A stretch of 63,171 nucleotides of DNA, counting the filler, from Aduncisulcus paluster (taxonomy: Eukaryota): assembly GCA_024181965.1 (NCBI GenBank). It is 26 parts of 26 records of this genome, joined end to end, with 100 filler letters (N's around TTAATTAATTAA, not from the genome) between each part and the next. Parts side by side here need not be neighbours in the genome. Positions count along the whole stretch, not along the records: positions 1 to 5,607 come from BQXS01012133.1; positions 5,708 to 7,028 come from BQXS01012134.1; positions 7,129 to 8,780 come from BQXS01012135.1; positions 8,881 to 10,095 come from BQXS01012136.1; positions 10,196 to 12,439 come from BQXS01012137.1; 21 more parts are not named here. The stretch is one strand, 5' to 3'. Both the position numbers and the translations under genes were made by a program. This document shows positions 1-11,918 of the stretch, piece after piece (position 1 is the first letter of the stretch; each line of letters begins with the position of its first letter). The notes under the pieces were generated by a model that was not told where the DNA came from, did no database searches, and saw nothing but the letters and a program-made list of their open reading frames with translations.

Positions 1-2
1 AA

Positions 3-209
3 CGCATGAGTGTGCATGAAGCTCGTGTGAAAGTCCAATGCATCAAACCTTTCCTTCCCACGATTGGTGAAGACTATGAGTGTCCAAGCATTGAAGCCAT
101 TATCCGTGAGCAACGCAAGAAGTATGGTGGCTCTGTTGGAACCATTGAAGGAATGAGATGTGGTGTTGCTGGTGTTGAGCATGAGGAAGGTTGGGATCAG
201 AGTCAGTGA
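3..209 (+). CDS. 3' end of a lineage-expanded protein kinase (partial)
   Basis: RMSVHEA..LPTIGEDYECPSIEAII..YGGSVGTI aligns with the C-tails RMTIHQA..LPRVGEGWECPSIEEYI..YDGCTGTI of the kinases at 5709 and 15845. Confidence 0.75.
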   Translation, partial: RMSVHEARVKVQCIKPFLPTIGEDYECPSIEAIIREQRKKYGGSVGTIEGMRCGVAGVEHEEGWDQSQ

Positions 210-614
210 GTGATGTGGAAAGATTCTGATGTAAGATTTTATTCTTTATTCTTAATGCCATCAAGTTAATGGAACAATTGAGAGAAGAGTTCATTTCAAG
301 CTTGAAGTTGATTGTTGATTGAACAAGTTGCACACTCTCCTTCACGATGAGACATTATTATTGAACTTTGGAGCGTTGTTTGGAATTGTTTTCTATTCTC
401 TATTCTCTATTCTGTATTATTATTACTGTTACTGTTACTGTTACTGTTATGATAAAGTAAACATACATTAGATCTACTTTGAATTGATATGATAAACTAC
501 TTACACATGGATATTGAAGTACAATATATAATATATAGTACATCTATTCGCTTCCATTGCACGACCAATTCAAAACATTGCTTGCAAGTTGCAAGGACAA
601 AAGCATGACGTTTG

Positions 615-708
615 CACACTCACAAAGATGATACACACTCACACACACATAGACAGACAGACACACAGACAGACAGACAGACTCACAGACAAAAAGAGAG
701 AGAGAGAC
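615..708. repeat. Compound microsatellite (CA)n/(CAGA)n/(GA)n
   Basis: Directly visible, between two convergent genes. Confidence 0.85.
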
Positions 709-785
709 AAATTGATGAATTATACAGACTGTAAAACGTCATAATAAACACCATTGAGAAAGACAGTGACTTGTAGAATAGAAAT

Positions 786-2213
786 TCACTTAGAGTTTGA
801 CTGGCAATCACCGTACGTCAGACGTTTGGCACCACACCCACCACAGAACATGGCCTCTTCATACATCACCTGAGCATATCGAAGACCACAGTACGGACAG
901 AAGGAGAGAAGAGCATGGGGGTCGAAATGGGCATACGTGGGAGGTGGAATGGAGAGAGATGCCATGTCCATTGATGGAACAGAGTCTGTTCGAACAGACG
1001 CAGATGGGGTTTGGACAGGAGCACGAGGAGCAGGATTCATTAACGGGGGGTTCATTTCCAAATTAGATTGGCTCGGTAACATACTTGTAGATACTCGAGC
1101 AGAAGCAGCCCTAGACGCGTGGATTGTTGTTGAAGTTGGTGTTGGACGGCTTGGAGCTTGTATTCTTGTTGTAGGCCCCTGAATCTTTGACCTTTCTTGA
1201 CCTCTTGACTTATCTTGACCTCTTGACTTATCTTGACCTCTTGACTTATCTTGACCAACAGTGGAAGTACTGCCAGATGGTCCAGGAACAATAGAGGAAA
1301 GAGGTGGCTGCGAATCGAATGAAAAGACGTTATCATCATTAGCCGTTGATGTTACAGGCTTTTTAATAGGTGGTTCTTTTAGCATTCTTTCTTTGACTCT
1401 TTGTTTGCTTTTTTTCATGAGGCTGACAACTTTTGGATCGGTTGGCATTGAAGAAGTCGGTTTAAAGGAGGTTTTGGCGACTTTTGCCTCTCCAATTTTG
1501 TTTTTATCGTCCTTTGGAACATCAGACCATCTCTTGGCTTTCATATCGAACTTCTTCCTTGTCTTTTTTTTCCCCATTGGGCATACATTCATATGTTTCC
1601 CCAATCGATCAGGAGCAAACTTTCTACCGCACATTGGGCATGGTTTTCGAACGATTTCTTTGCCATCAAGATCAGTACTTGCTTTGGAATAAATATCAGT
1701 ACCGTCAGGTGGAGGTTTGATGATTCGAGCTTCAGCGGAGGTATCTTGAATGGGGACTTGCATGGTGGAATTATATGCGGAATCGCCCGGAAAACCTCCT
1801 CCAGGTTGGTCCATAACGTCAATCCTGCCTCTTGGGGGGGGCATCTCAGAAATAGGTTGTTGAGGTTGAATTTCTGTATCAACAGGATAATCTATTCTTC
1901 TTGGTTCAATTTTTGATTCTAAAATACGCACAGGAGAAGGTGATCGATGACGGATAGGGGGTTGGGGAGGGAAATCATCACGTGGTTTCCTCCTTGTATC
2001 TCTTTCATGACTATCCCGATCATAACGATGCGAAGATCTATGACGTTCAGTTTTAGATCTTTTATGATGAGAATCATCGCGTGAAGATCTCCTCCTATGG
2101 TGTGACGAGCTTGAATGTTTCGAATGACGATGAGGAGCAGCAGGACATGCTTTTGAATGGTGGATAATATCTTTATATTGAATAAATTTCTTACAATATG
2201 GGCAAGTGCTCAT
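786..2213 (-). CDS. C2HC zinc-finger protein, ZC2HC1/FAM164-like
   Basis: zf-C2HC motif CPMCGRKFAPDRLGKHMNVC followed by KKTRKKFD; C-terminal double zinc ribbon FCPYCG..FCGGCGAKR; internal 18-bp repeat encoding GQDKSR. Confidence 0.75.
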   Translation of the reverse strand: MSTCPYCKKFIQYKDIIHHSKACPAAPHRHSKHSSSSHHRRRSSRDDSHHKRSKTERHRSSHRYDRDSHERDTRRKPRDDFPPQPPIRHRSPSPVRILESKIEPRRIDYPVDTEIQPQQPISEMPPPRGRIDVMDQPGGGFPGDSAYNSTMQVPIQDTSAEARIIKPPPDGTDIYSKASTDLDGKEIVRKPCPMCGRKFAPDRLGKHMNVCPMGKKKTRKKFDMKAKRWSDVPKDDKNKIGEAKVAKTSFKPTSSMPTDPKVVSLMKKSKQRVKERMLKEPPIKKPVTSTANDDNVFSFDSQPPLSSIVPGPSGSTSTVGQDKSRGQDKSRGQDKSRGQERSKIQGPTTRIQAPSRPTPTSTTIHASRAASARVSTSMLPSQSNLEMNPPLMNPAPRAPVQTPSASVRTDSVPSMDMASLSIPPPTYAHFDPHALLSFCPYCGLRYAQVMYEEAMFCGGCGAKRLTYGDCQSNSK

Positions 2214-2576
2214 AATCTATTTCTTTGTGCTCAAAAATCAAAAAAAATTTGGTTAGAGAATTTGCAAGGATGCAATTTTATACTCATGCATGTATTCCTA
2301 TTCGTTAAGATAAATGCATGGAAATCTGTAATTAATTTCTGACTATTGATGATGAATTAAGGAAAATAGTGTTGCCAGGACTATATCATTAACTAAGTGT
2401 TTCAACAAAAAATAAATAAGCAATTTCCATAAAACCGATTACAACGCATCGAATAAAAATCGAATTGATTCCTTTTATTAACAATCCGTTTCAGGTAAAC
2501 CAAATCTCCACTTTGATAGCCATACCTTGTAATATTAAAACACTTATTATTATATTTTTCTTATTAATTTCAATTT

Positions 2577-5500
2577 ATGTTTTTTCCAGATGTTTATAGT
2601 AGATCTTTATCTACAGAAGATATCGAAAAGTTTATTCAAGCAGATGTTCGACGTACAAGGTTGTTACCATGTGCTATATTCCTTCAAAGATTTTGGAGAC
2701 GAAGGAAAATGTTCAAAACATATCGTATTGGTTCTGAACTCCGCATTGCTCGTAAGAAACGGATGTTACGTCTTTCCTTTCGATTATGGAAATTTTCCGT
2801 CCTCAATATACGTGAAAAGCACATTAAACGTGATGCGTTTCTTTCTCTTCGAATGTATTGTTCAGGTTTTCAAGCTCAATCCTTCCGTATTTTTCTTGAG
2901 CATAAATTAATGAGAAATGCCCTCCAACTTCTCCATAGAGCAGCTCAAAGGGTTGAATTGCAGAAAAAACAACAGATTATATTCCATAAGACTCGGTGCA
3001 GAGTGTTTAAACGTGATGCTCTTCGTTTGTGGTTGGCCATGGTAAGATCTCGTCAAGAACTGAGAGCAGAGCTTTTAAAAGAACAGCATCATTCCGAACA
3101 ATCAGGTTTCGTCTCTGGTCGTCGTCGTGTTGCCAAACGTCGTGCTTCCTTGTTCATGATGTCTGATGAACTCTCAAGTGATGAAAATACAACTACCCCT
3201 ATGGACACTTCTTCTGCTTATCAGGCCATCAGTCGCATGTATAACTGTCCTCTCGATGGATTATCTTCATTGGATCTCGGTGGACCTAATGCCCTAGCCA
3301 ATTTAGGATTTGGAACATCTCCTATGGGGGGTATTGATGGCCTTGGCCTCGGTCTTGGTCTTGGCCATTCTTCCTCTTCTTCTTTGGTTCAACAAGGAAG
3401 CAATTCAAATGGTTCAAACGGTTCAGTTTCAGCTTCAGAAACCTCTTCTGCAGTCTTTTTCAATGATAAGAATTCATTCTTTTTCACTGTAAAACCTCAA
3501 TGGAGCTCCTTATTGGATAGAATAAGAGCCAATAATTTCAGAAAACAACAAATGTCACGATTAGTATTTGAACAATCCGTTCATCGTCTCAGAAAGGGGC
3601 TTCGACGTTGGTTTCAGGCAGCTATTGTCCAATTAACCCCCATTATGAAAGCTTATGATACAGTTCTGTCACAACGCCAAGATAGACAATGCTGGAGAGC
3701 TCTATTTGCATGGAGAAGAGCCCTATTTTTCGCTAAAATGAAGAAAAAAATGTTTATTTCATCCTTTTTTAAATGGAGAAGGAAGACACGAAAAATTGTT
3801 TTAATTAAAAACATTGATAATGTCTCTCGAAAGGCTATGGTTGGGAGATTTTTTGCTATGTGGAGAACATACCATGCAGCAAGAGATGTTTTAGCTCTTC
3901 ATTCACTTCGGAAAATTGAAAAATCACCAGTAGCAACAAGAACTGCCGTGTTTGCGTTTGTTAAAGATTATCCAAGGTTGTTTTTATGTAATTTTTTTTC
4001 AGAATTGAGACGACATGTTGAAGCTACAAAACGTTGGATGAGGTTTATTCTAATTTTAGGAGTAGAAATCTCAATCAGACGTATGAAAAGAGTATTGGGT
4101 ATATTCCAGGGCATTTTAAAAGAAAAAGATGAAGAATGGATGCATTTTGAAGAACTTTTGGAAGAGAAATTTGGTTACGATCGTGATTTATTGGCTCAAA
4201 AACATAAACAGGGTCTCGCTCGGTTGAAAGCTAAGAAAAGGTTATTTAAAGCCAATGGAGAGATGGCTGACTTTATTTATGAAGATTATCTAGGTGATTA
4301 TGGTGAAGATCTTGATGAAAATCCATGGAATCCATCACGGAACACCACAGCTGCTTTACTGTCCTCCTCTGGTCAGACTGAAAAAAGAGACAAAGACAAA
4401 GACAAAGACAAAGACAGTGATAGTCTTAAAGCAAGGCTTCAACAGCATCGAGAAAAGAAGAAGAGGAAGAAGAAGAGAAGGAGAGAAAGAGAGAGAGGAG
4501 AGAAAGAGAGAGAAGAGACCTTGACAGGATCAGCGAGAGGTGAGGGTGCGAGATATTATACTATTCATAACCTTGGGAAGATGACATCGGCTTCTTTCCT
4601 GCCTCCTGCTTCATGCAGAGCATTAGTTATTATGGCATTTAACCGCCCTCTTCCTTCTTCTCTCTCCAAGATGCATCCACCACCTGTAGCTTCTTTAACT
4701 TCACATATTCACTCTCAAGTGGAGCATATGTCATGCGATCAGTTACGGCAAGTTCTCAAAGCACAAGAAACATATCAACCACGTCCTATTGAAGTATTGT
4801 TGACTCTATTTTGGGGTTGTTTTAATATTAGATCAGCTGAGAATGTATACGACACCATGTGTGGCATTAATCAAACAACAACTATTCCAAAACACTCTCT
4901 AATCTCTGGTCATCGCTCTATGGTAGGATCTTCTTCTTTAACAAATATTACAACACATATATCTGAAGACTATGGTGATTCTGAGTTGGATATATCAGCG
5001 AGAGCAAGAAGAGAAAGAGGAAGCGAGGAAGAGATGAGTTATGATCACCAAAAACAAGGGATAATGGCTTCTCCTTCTCTCACTTCTTCTCCTTCTCTCA
5101 CTTCTTCTTCTTTCTCAACTGTTCCAAATTTAGGTATTATCGGATCAAACTTTTCACCTGTGATGAACAAAAATATCCTTACCATTATCCATCCACCCAC
5201 TGATCTAAAAATAGACTCTTTCTCAGCACGATCTAGATCATCTCGAAATGTTGCCGAAGAAATGCGAAAGATATACAAGCGTACAAACAGTAAGATCGGA
5301 CAATATTCTTCATCTTCTTCCTCGTCTTCTTCCTCTGCTGCTGCTTCTTCTTCTTCTTCTTCTTCTTCCTCTGCTGCTTCTTCGACTTCCACCCTAGGCA
5401 TATCTACTCTAGGCATTTCCCCCACTATTACTCAAAGTTCTCCATTAACTGATGAATTCTCCTTTGTCCATCATGGAAATACTCCAACTCCAATTGGCTG

Positions 5501-5607
5501 TGAAGATTCAGAAAGATCTCAGTCATCGTACCAACCTGTATCAAAAGGAACTCATTTCACAACTGCAGTCCCCCATTTGCAACGGTTTGTTTCATCCGTG
5601 TTTCAAT
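2577..5607 (+). CDS. Large basic helical protein with IQ-like and Sfi1-like Trp repeats (3' partial)
   Basis: IQ-like FLQRFWRRR; recurring F/L-x-x-W-R/K motifs (SFRLWK, ALFAWR, FFKWR, FFAMWR) resembling centrin-binding Sfi1 repeats. Confidence 0.5.
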
Positions 5608-5707
5608 NNNNNNNNNNNNNNNNNNNNNNNNNNNNNNNNNNNNNNNNNNNNTTAATTAATTAANNNNNNNNNNNNNNNNNNNNNNNNNNNNNNNNNNNNN
5701 NNNNNNN
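5608..5707. other. Artificial contig linker N44-TTAATTAATTAA-N44, first of 25. Others start at 7029, 8781, 10096, 12440, 14162, 15744, 24444, 26182, 32121, 33467, 35324, 36737, 38066, 39851, 41696, 43241, 45147, 46670, 49247, 50543, 54539, 56526, 60242, 61978
   Basis: Identical 100-bp spacer with six-frame stops recurs throughout the window. Confidence 0.99.
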
Positions 5708-5708
5708 C

Positions 5709-6764
5709 ATGAAGAAAAAATTCTCTCGTCAGCATCGGTTGTATTTCAAATCATCATTACAAAGCTGTATCCCTCGTCCTCTGCATATGCTTGATCTTCT
5801 CGATGGTGATCTGAAAGGAACGTTTGGGATGGCGATGGAGTTCTGTCAAGGTGGGAATGTGATTGACTTTGCCAAGAGCTGGGCTGTTGATCTCGACGAA
5901 TGTGATCCTTGTGAAGATGATGAAGAGGACCTTGTGTATGATCCTGTGAAGCTCGCTGCTCTGTGTGTGGCTATCATCGAGTGTGTTGCTACCTTGTGTG
6001 TTGCGAAGAAGAAGCTTGTTCATCGCGACATTAAACCCGATAACTTCCTTGTTCGGTATGATGCTTTGAAGAAACAGTGTCATGTTCTTCTTGGAGATTT
6101 GGGCTTTGTTGAGATCCGTCATTCTATGTCTCGCAATTCTTTCATTAGCGCTCTGTGTTACAATGCACCCGAGAGTCTTGCCAATGGGTTTTACTGCCAA
6201 CGCAGTGATGCATGGGGAGTTGTGCTGACAATATGGTCTCTCTTCAATGATATGAAGCAGCCTTTCATGACTCATCCCGATGTCACGTATATTCCCCCAT
6301 CCAAAGAATACAACAGGCGTCTCCGATCTGTTTTGCATGACTTGACGCACGAGAGAATCAGCCTCCCACAGCTGACAGACAGTGAGATCTTCTGTTCCCT
6401 TGAGACGATTGAAGGTGGGAAATACAATGCGGTGTATAAGGCGTTTCTTGAAGTCTTCCATGGCATGTTGAATCCAAACCGTTTCAAACGAATGACGATC
6501 CACCAAGCCCATTCCTTGACGAGAGAACTCAAGCATATCCTCCCTCGTGTTGGAGAAGGGTGGGAATGTCCATCCATCGAGGAGTACATTGCCCGTCAGC
6601 TTGAAGAGTATGATGGGTGTACAGGGACAATCCATAGCAGTAGCAGTAGCAGTAGCAGTAGCAGTGGCAGTAGCCGTGTGAAATATGGAGTATCAGGAAC
6701 TCGAAAGATTCCCCAAGATATCACCATTGGTGACCATGCTATTTTTGTGTATCATAATTTATGA
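5709..6764 (+). CDS. Ser/Thr protein kinase, DLG type, paralog A (5' partial)
   Basis: AMEFCQGG, VHRDIKPDNFL, DLG, YNAPE and SDAWG motifs; short activation loop. Confidence 0.9.
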   Translation: MKKKFSRQHRLYFKSSLQSCIPRPLHMLDLLDGDLKGTFGMAMEFCQGGNVIDFAKSWAVDLDECDPCEDDEEDLVYDPVKLAALCVAIIECVATLCVAKKKLVHRDIKPDNFLVRYDALKKQCHVLLGDLGFVEIRHSMSRNSFISALCYNAPESLANGFYCQRSDAWGVVLTIWSLFNDMKQPFMTHPDVTYIPPSKEYNRRLRSVLHDLTHERISLPQLTDSEIFCSLETIEGGKYNAVYKAFLEVFHGMLNPNRFKRMTIHQAHSLTRELKHILPRVGEGWECPSIEEYIARQLEEYDGCTGTIHSSSSSSSSSSGSSRVKYGVSGTRKIPQDITIGDHAIFVYHNL

Positions 6765-7128
6765 TAAATCTTTTTGTTTTTATTTGCTATTTTGAGGAGA
6801 TCTTGATACCTCTTTAAATATAGAAAGCTCTAAAAATAATAATCTTCAAGAAAACAAAGAATGAGAAAAAAAGAAAGAAACACAAGTAAAATATATCCTC
6901 TGATATTGAATACACATCGCGTTATGAAGCTATAGTTCATTTCTTCCCTCACACTCTTCATTCACACTCTCAGCTCAATCAAACACGATCTCCACATTTC
7001 ATCCCTCATCACAGCCATTCAACACACANNNNNNNNNNNNNNNNNNNNNNNNNNNNNNNNNNNNNNNNNNNNTTAATTAATTAANNNNNNNNNNNNNNNN
7101 NNNNNNNNNNNNNNNNNNNNNNNNNNNN

Positions 7129-8780
7129 AATAAATTATATCTGTAATCATCACCGTAGCCAATTGATGCAGGACCAAAATACTTGTAAATTTGTCCTCTT
7201 ATGTGAATTTTATCTTCGGAATGGGAGATAAACTGAATAATAGCATCATCAAGTTCAATATCTTTAAACAAATAAAATTTTCCAGTCTTAAATCGTATCT
7301 GATGGTCAACAAAAATCTTATTTTCAGGAACAATAAAGGGTAAGGACAAATCTGCAATATTGTGACATGTAGGTTGGGTTCGAATATATCGATAGAGTCG
7401 ATAAATGGAAGCGTTTATCCTTTCTCCAGTCTCTGCCGAGTAATTGATTAATGGACCACCGTCACGAACCCATTCCTTGAGGTGCATTAGAAGGTGAGTT
7501 TTAATTTTCTTGATTGGAAGGTTGTTGCTATATATACCTCCTTTCACACATAATGGGGATAATATTTTAATAAATCGTTTCACATGAACAATTATATTAT
7601 CACATTCTTCATCGGTTGAAACATCACGGATTTCATATGCAAATTGATTAATGATTCCACTCATCAAAAGGACATGTACAAATCGAAGATTCACCACGTC
7701 AGAAAGAGCTGCCACTCGAATAGAAGGGGAAGATATTGTAATTCGTTCCATAATATTTGGACTATCTTCATATATATCTCGATCATCATAAAGAAAATCA
7801 AACGAGTGATCTCTTGTCGAACGGTAATTTTCCAATTCAAACAAACAAATCGAAGAAAAATGTTGGATATGACGACTGTCATTACCATCTCGTAGACCAC
7901 ACCCCACTTGAGTTCTTAAGCCCAGTAACTTCATACGTTTGTTAAACCTATCTTTCTGATCTGGCTTTAAAATCTTAGCAAGAAGATTATTCATATCATT
8001 GGTGAGCCCAATGTGTAATATGTGAAGAATATCACCGGAGTGAAGTCGAAATGGATGAGGAATTAGTAAACGAATATCAGAAGAATATAAAGAATGGAAA
8101 AACAGGGGGACATTTGGGGTGTTTGGGTTAAGAATTTGACCGGAAGTAACTGTTCTTGTCACGGACTCTGGCAATTTAAATGGGAGTGGAGAGGATAGAT
8201 GAGGTAATAATAAGTTGGTTCCTGTTTCCATGCACCAGGGACAAGGCATATATGCTGAGTGACAACACAAATTGAGTTTGAATTGCTTCAAGTCTCCAAT
8301 GATTCTAAATAAATAGCCAATTAATATGATCTTCTTTCCTGACGGAAAAATAACGGATATGCCTTTTTGCAGCTTCTTAATGTCATTAACTAACGAATTT
8401 AATACAGAAATAGTTGCAGGCAAGGATTTTTCTTCGGATAACAAACAAATATTATGCCATGAGCGATTAGTTTGTCTAAGGTAAGATGGGATATTTGCAA
8501 GGGATACAACTAAAGATAAAGCGGTTCTTCCTAGCTTTGCTGTTGCAACTCCGTCTATAAAAACGATTATTGGACATATCACAATGGGTGGGATGTCATT
8601 AATATCACAATAATCCACGTAGGCTTCTATGCTTGCAAACCCCGACTCGGGAAACTCCCTTATCATTCCTGGTGTTATGTCTAAATTATCTCTTATTATC
8701 GATAATGATTCTCGATATCGACGAAAAGAAGTTGGATTATAATTATCACATTCTTGAACAATCTGATAAGTGTTTTGAAC
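7129..8780 (-). mobile_element. Plavaka/CMC (CACTA-like) DDE transposase fragment, open at both contig ends
   Basis: VFIDG, SLANIP, GDLK..CPWC, DILHILHIG and KTHLLMH..GPLINYSAETGERIN motifs typical of Plavaka/Transposase_21-like proteins. Confidence 0.8.
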
Positions 8781-8880
8781 NNNNNNNNNNNNNNNNNNNN
8801 NNNNNNNNNNNNNNNNNNNNNNNNTTAATTAATTAANNNNNNNNNNNNNNNNNNNNNNNNNNNNNNNNNNNNNNNNNNNN

Positions 8881-9342
8881 GATCTAAATCCACAATCGAA
8901 CGACCAATGGTGGTATGGAACTGCATGTCAGAGTATCTGTCCAACCAATCCCTCCACCGATGTATCATGTTCTGGTCTTGGAGTGTGTAATCCCCTTTCT
9001 CATTCCTGTCTGTGTGCATGGGGCTTCAGTGGTGATGCGTGTCAATGGAACATGTGTGCGATTGGATATGGTCAGAATAGAGCCTCATCGGAATGCTTTG
9101 ACCATGGCTCGTGTGTGGCTGGTGATCCATCCAAGAATGAGCCTCCCTTTTATTGTGAATGTAAGGTTGGGTGGGGTGGTCTGTTCTGTGAGCGTGACAT
9201 CTGTTGGTGCAGCCCCGAGTCTTCGTATGGATGTGCTACCATTGCTGATGGATCTCGGGCATGCAGGTGCAAAGAAGGGTGGTATGGAAGGGCATGTGAG
9301 AGAAGATACTCTGGAGAAAAGAGACCTTATAGTTTCTTTTAG
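8881..9342 (+). CDS. EGF/tenascin-like cysteine-rich protein, C-terminal fragment
   Basis: Frame open from contig start; repeated CxCxxG(F/W)xGxxC EGF motifs. Confidence 0.85.
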   Translation, partial: DLNPQSNDQWWYGTACQSICPTNPSTDVSCSGLGVCNPLSHSCLCAWGFSGDACQWNMCAIGYGQNRASSECFDHGSCVAGDPSKNEPPFYCECKVGWGGLFCERDICWCSPESSYGCATIADGSRACRCKEGWYGRACERRYSGEKRPYSFF

Positions 9343-10195
9343 GGGAGATTTTGGAGTTGTCATTCTCATTCTCAAGCCCACAAATGATTTTCTATTTTAT
9401 TTTTTGTTTGTTTTACACTTTTTATTCCTGCTTCAATTTTTGATTGTTATTTCTCCTTTAACTATGAGGTTTATTTTTCAATTTTTGTTGGATATTTTAT
9501 TTTTTTAGGATTGCTTTCAATATATTTAGGATACGTCCAATTTGCTGTTTTACATGGTGATCAGGCTTCGTATTCGAAATAATATTTCTTTTCAGATTCA
9601 TTAAACTTCTTTTTTGTTATTTATTTATTTTATTTATTTTATTTTTTTCAATGAATTCTTGGGTGTTTTTGACCTTTTTTTAATGTTAACAAATTGTATT
9701 ATCAAAACCTTCAGCATATTTGGTGAATGAAGTCGATATTATTTGTTTCTGTTTCAATTTTCTACTTTATTGATCTCCATGCCAGAATTTGAGATTAGAG
9801 TTTACTCACTTTATGAGTAGGTTATATAATGAATAAGAGAACTTTTCATTCTTTTTTGAAGCACGACGAACTCTTTTTTAAAGTTACTTCAGAACTTGTA
9901 AAAATGGGTTCCATAACGAAAATGAGCCTCTTATCCTTATCTAAACGAATATCAAGACTTGTGTGCACTAATTGCAGAAATAATAATAAATGATAAATAA
10001 ACTCCTATTAAATAAGAGACCAAACAGAGAGAGAGAGAATAAGAAAAAGTTGGTGGAGATTTCAAATAATATAATAAAATAATAATACAGAAAAANNNNN
10101 NNNNNNNNNNNNNNNNNNNNNNNNNNNNNNNNNNNNNNNTTAATTAATTAANNNNNNNNNNNNNNNNNNNNNNNNNNNNNNNNNNNNNNNNNNNN

Positions 10196-10580
10196 CAATA
10201 AACATGTCAGCAATAACCTGTTTGTCCCCGAACGCTTCATTTGCCGCTACCTCCTCCTGAAAACGAGCAGTGTAGGTAACAAGGGCGGATTGAGATAGTT
10301 TATACAGCTTCAGCTTCTTTAATTCGTCGTAAAATCCTTGAGTGCTAGAAGCAGAAAACTTTTTTGTCACCTTTGCTTTAAAACTATCAGGCGTCTCATC
10401 CGGTGTACATCCAGTCGTCAAATAAAGACTCTGTAATACGAATGGATCAATTAAGGTTCTAAAGTCAGCATCGCCTCCTCTTGCGACATAAATCGCGTAA
10501 TCTCGGTGAAACTTTAACCATGAGTTTCGATCGAACTTAGTAAGAAATGGAGGTTGTAGAAGAGCCATTGATCCTTCCAT
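10196..10580 (-). mobile_element. Probable LTR-retrotransposon gag N-terminus (partial)
   Basis: PPFLTKFDRNSWLKFHRDY..Y..RGG and ALVTYTARFQE resemble retrotransposon Gag capsid regions. Confidence 0.5.
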
Positions 10581-11016
10581 CGCGAAAGTATTAATACTGT
10601 AATGCGTATGCAATTTACTATAATAAATGAACATCAGATTTGTGGTCTAAAAATAGATCATATCATATTTCAAGAAGCAGAAATGAGAAGAAAAGAAGAA
10701 GAGAAAAGAATCAGAAAAGAGGAAATTAGAAGGATAAGAGAGGAAATGAGAAAGAAATATCAGGTGAAAGAGAGTGAAGAAGATAGTTATTCCTCTGAAG
10801 ATATTTTTTGAATAAGTTTATGATTCTTGATCGATTTATTTTGATAATGATTTTGTATGTATGTTGTGAAAGAACGGAATGGAGTGTAAGTTTTTCGAGG
10901 TTTTACTTCTTTCTATTTATCGTTTGTTCTTTTATCAATCACTTAGTGGGTCCTCGCATTGGTTTATAATAAACTGCCTGCTTTAACATACTGAGTATAT
11001 GTTGTGTATGAATTGT

Positions 11017-11198
11017 GTATAGTATTTGAATACAGGTTGGTACATATTTCATGTATATTGTGTATATATAAAAGTGTATATCTCCTTTGTATATTAAAGT
11101 ATAAATTTCCAGTATAGTATTTGAATACAGGTTGGTATATATTTCATGTATATTATGTATATATAAAAGTGTATATTTCCTTTGTATATTAAAGTATA
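11017..11198. repeat. Two-copy ~95-bp tandem repeat within an AT-rich repeat/inverted-repeat region
   Basis: Units begin gtatagtatttgaatacaggttgg at 11017 and 11112. Confidence 0.85.
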
Positions 11199-11918
11199 TG
11201 TTGATACTTTTTGAGGGTATAGTTTCTTGTACATTTGTGTACATTTTAGTACATTTGTGTATAGTTTAGTACATTTAGTATAGTACAGGTATATTTCAAA
11301 TTTATGCAGTATAGTAAAGGTGACTTTCAACACACATTCTAACCACAATCAAAGCGTTGCATCAGAAATCCAAGATAGGATCCACAACTATACAGACATG
11401 TATATGATCTATATATAGATCGATCTTGAGAAAGTCCACTCTTTCCTGGTGGTATTGGGATTTGAAAGTACCCAACTATACTCAAATGTACACAAATGTA
11501 CAACAGTATAAATATGGTATAGTAGTGGCATATCTATACTCGTAACGGTATATTTAAGTAACTTTCAAGTGGTATTGGGGAGTGCTGTGCTATTTATAGA
11601 ACATTTTTGAGAATATATATGAATGTAATATGGTATGTATAGTGGTAGAATATTTTTAGATTACTGAGAAAGTCACTCATTCATGAGATATAGATACATT
11701 TTAGGTACCATAGTATACTATCGTGTTCCTTAATCCCCTCGGGGATAGGTATTGAGAGAAATTCTTTTGTTTTCCCTTTATGGTTTTCTTTTCTTTTCTG
11801 TTCAATAAATACAAACTGGGCAAAGAAACTTATCGTAGCCCAAAGAGGACATTAACAGAATCTCAGACGAAGAAAGAGGCTTAAATTAGTCGACAAAAGA
11901 AAACAATAAGAATAATAC

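Noticed and set aside
5652..5663. Recurrent TTAATTAATTAA palindrome as a biological repeat or array
   Set aside because: Always centred in N44 pads; it is a concatenation linker. ORF tails ending in ..XXXLIN are artefacts
6270..6549. Diversity-generating-retroelement type mutagenesis of the kinase blocks
   Set aside because: Differences are not adenine-specific, and no reverse transcriptase or template repeat is visible
5757..6635. 292-aa antisense ORF over kinase A, and other shadow ORFs
   Set aside because: Stop-poor reverse frames of real genes or low-complexity tracts, with no motifs
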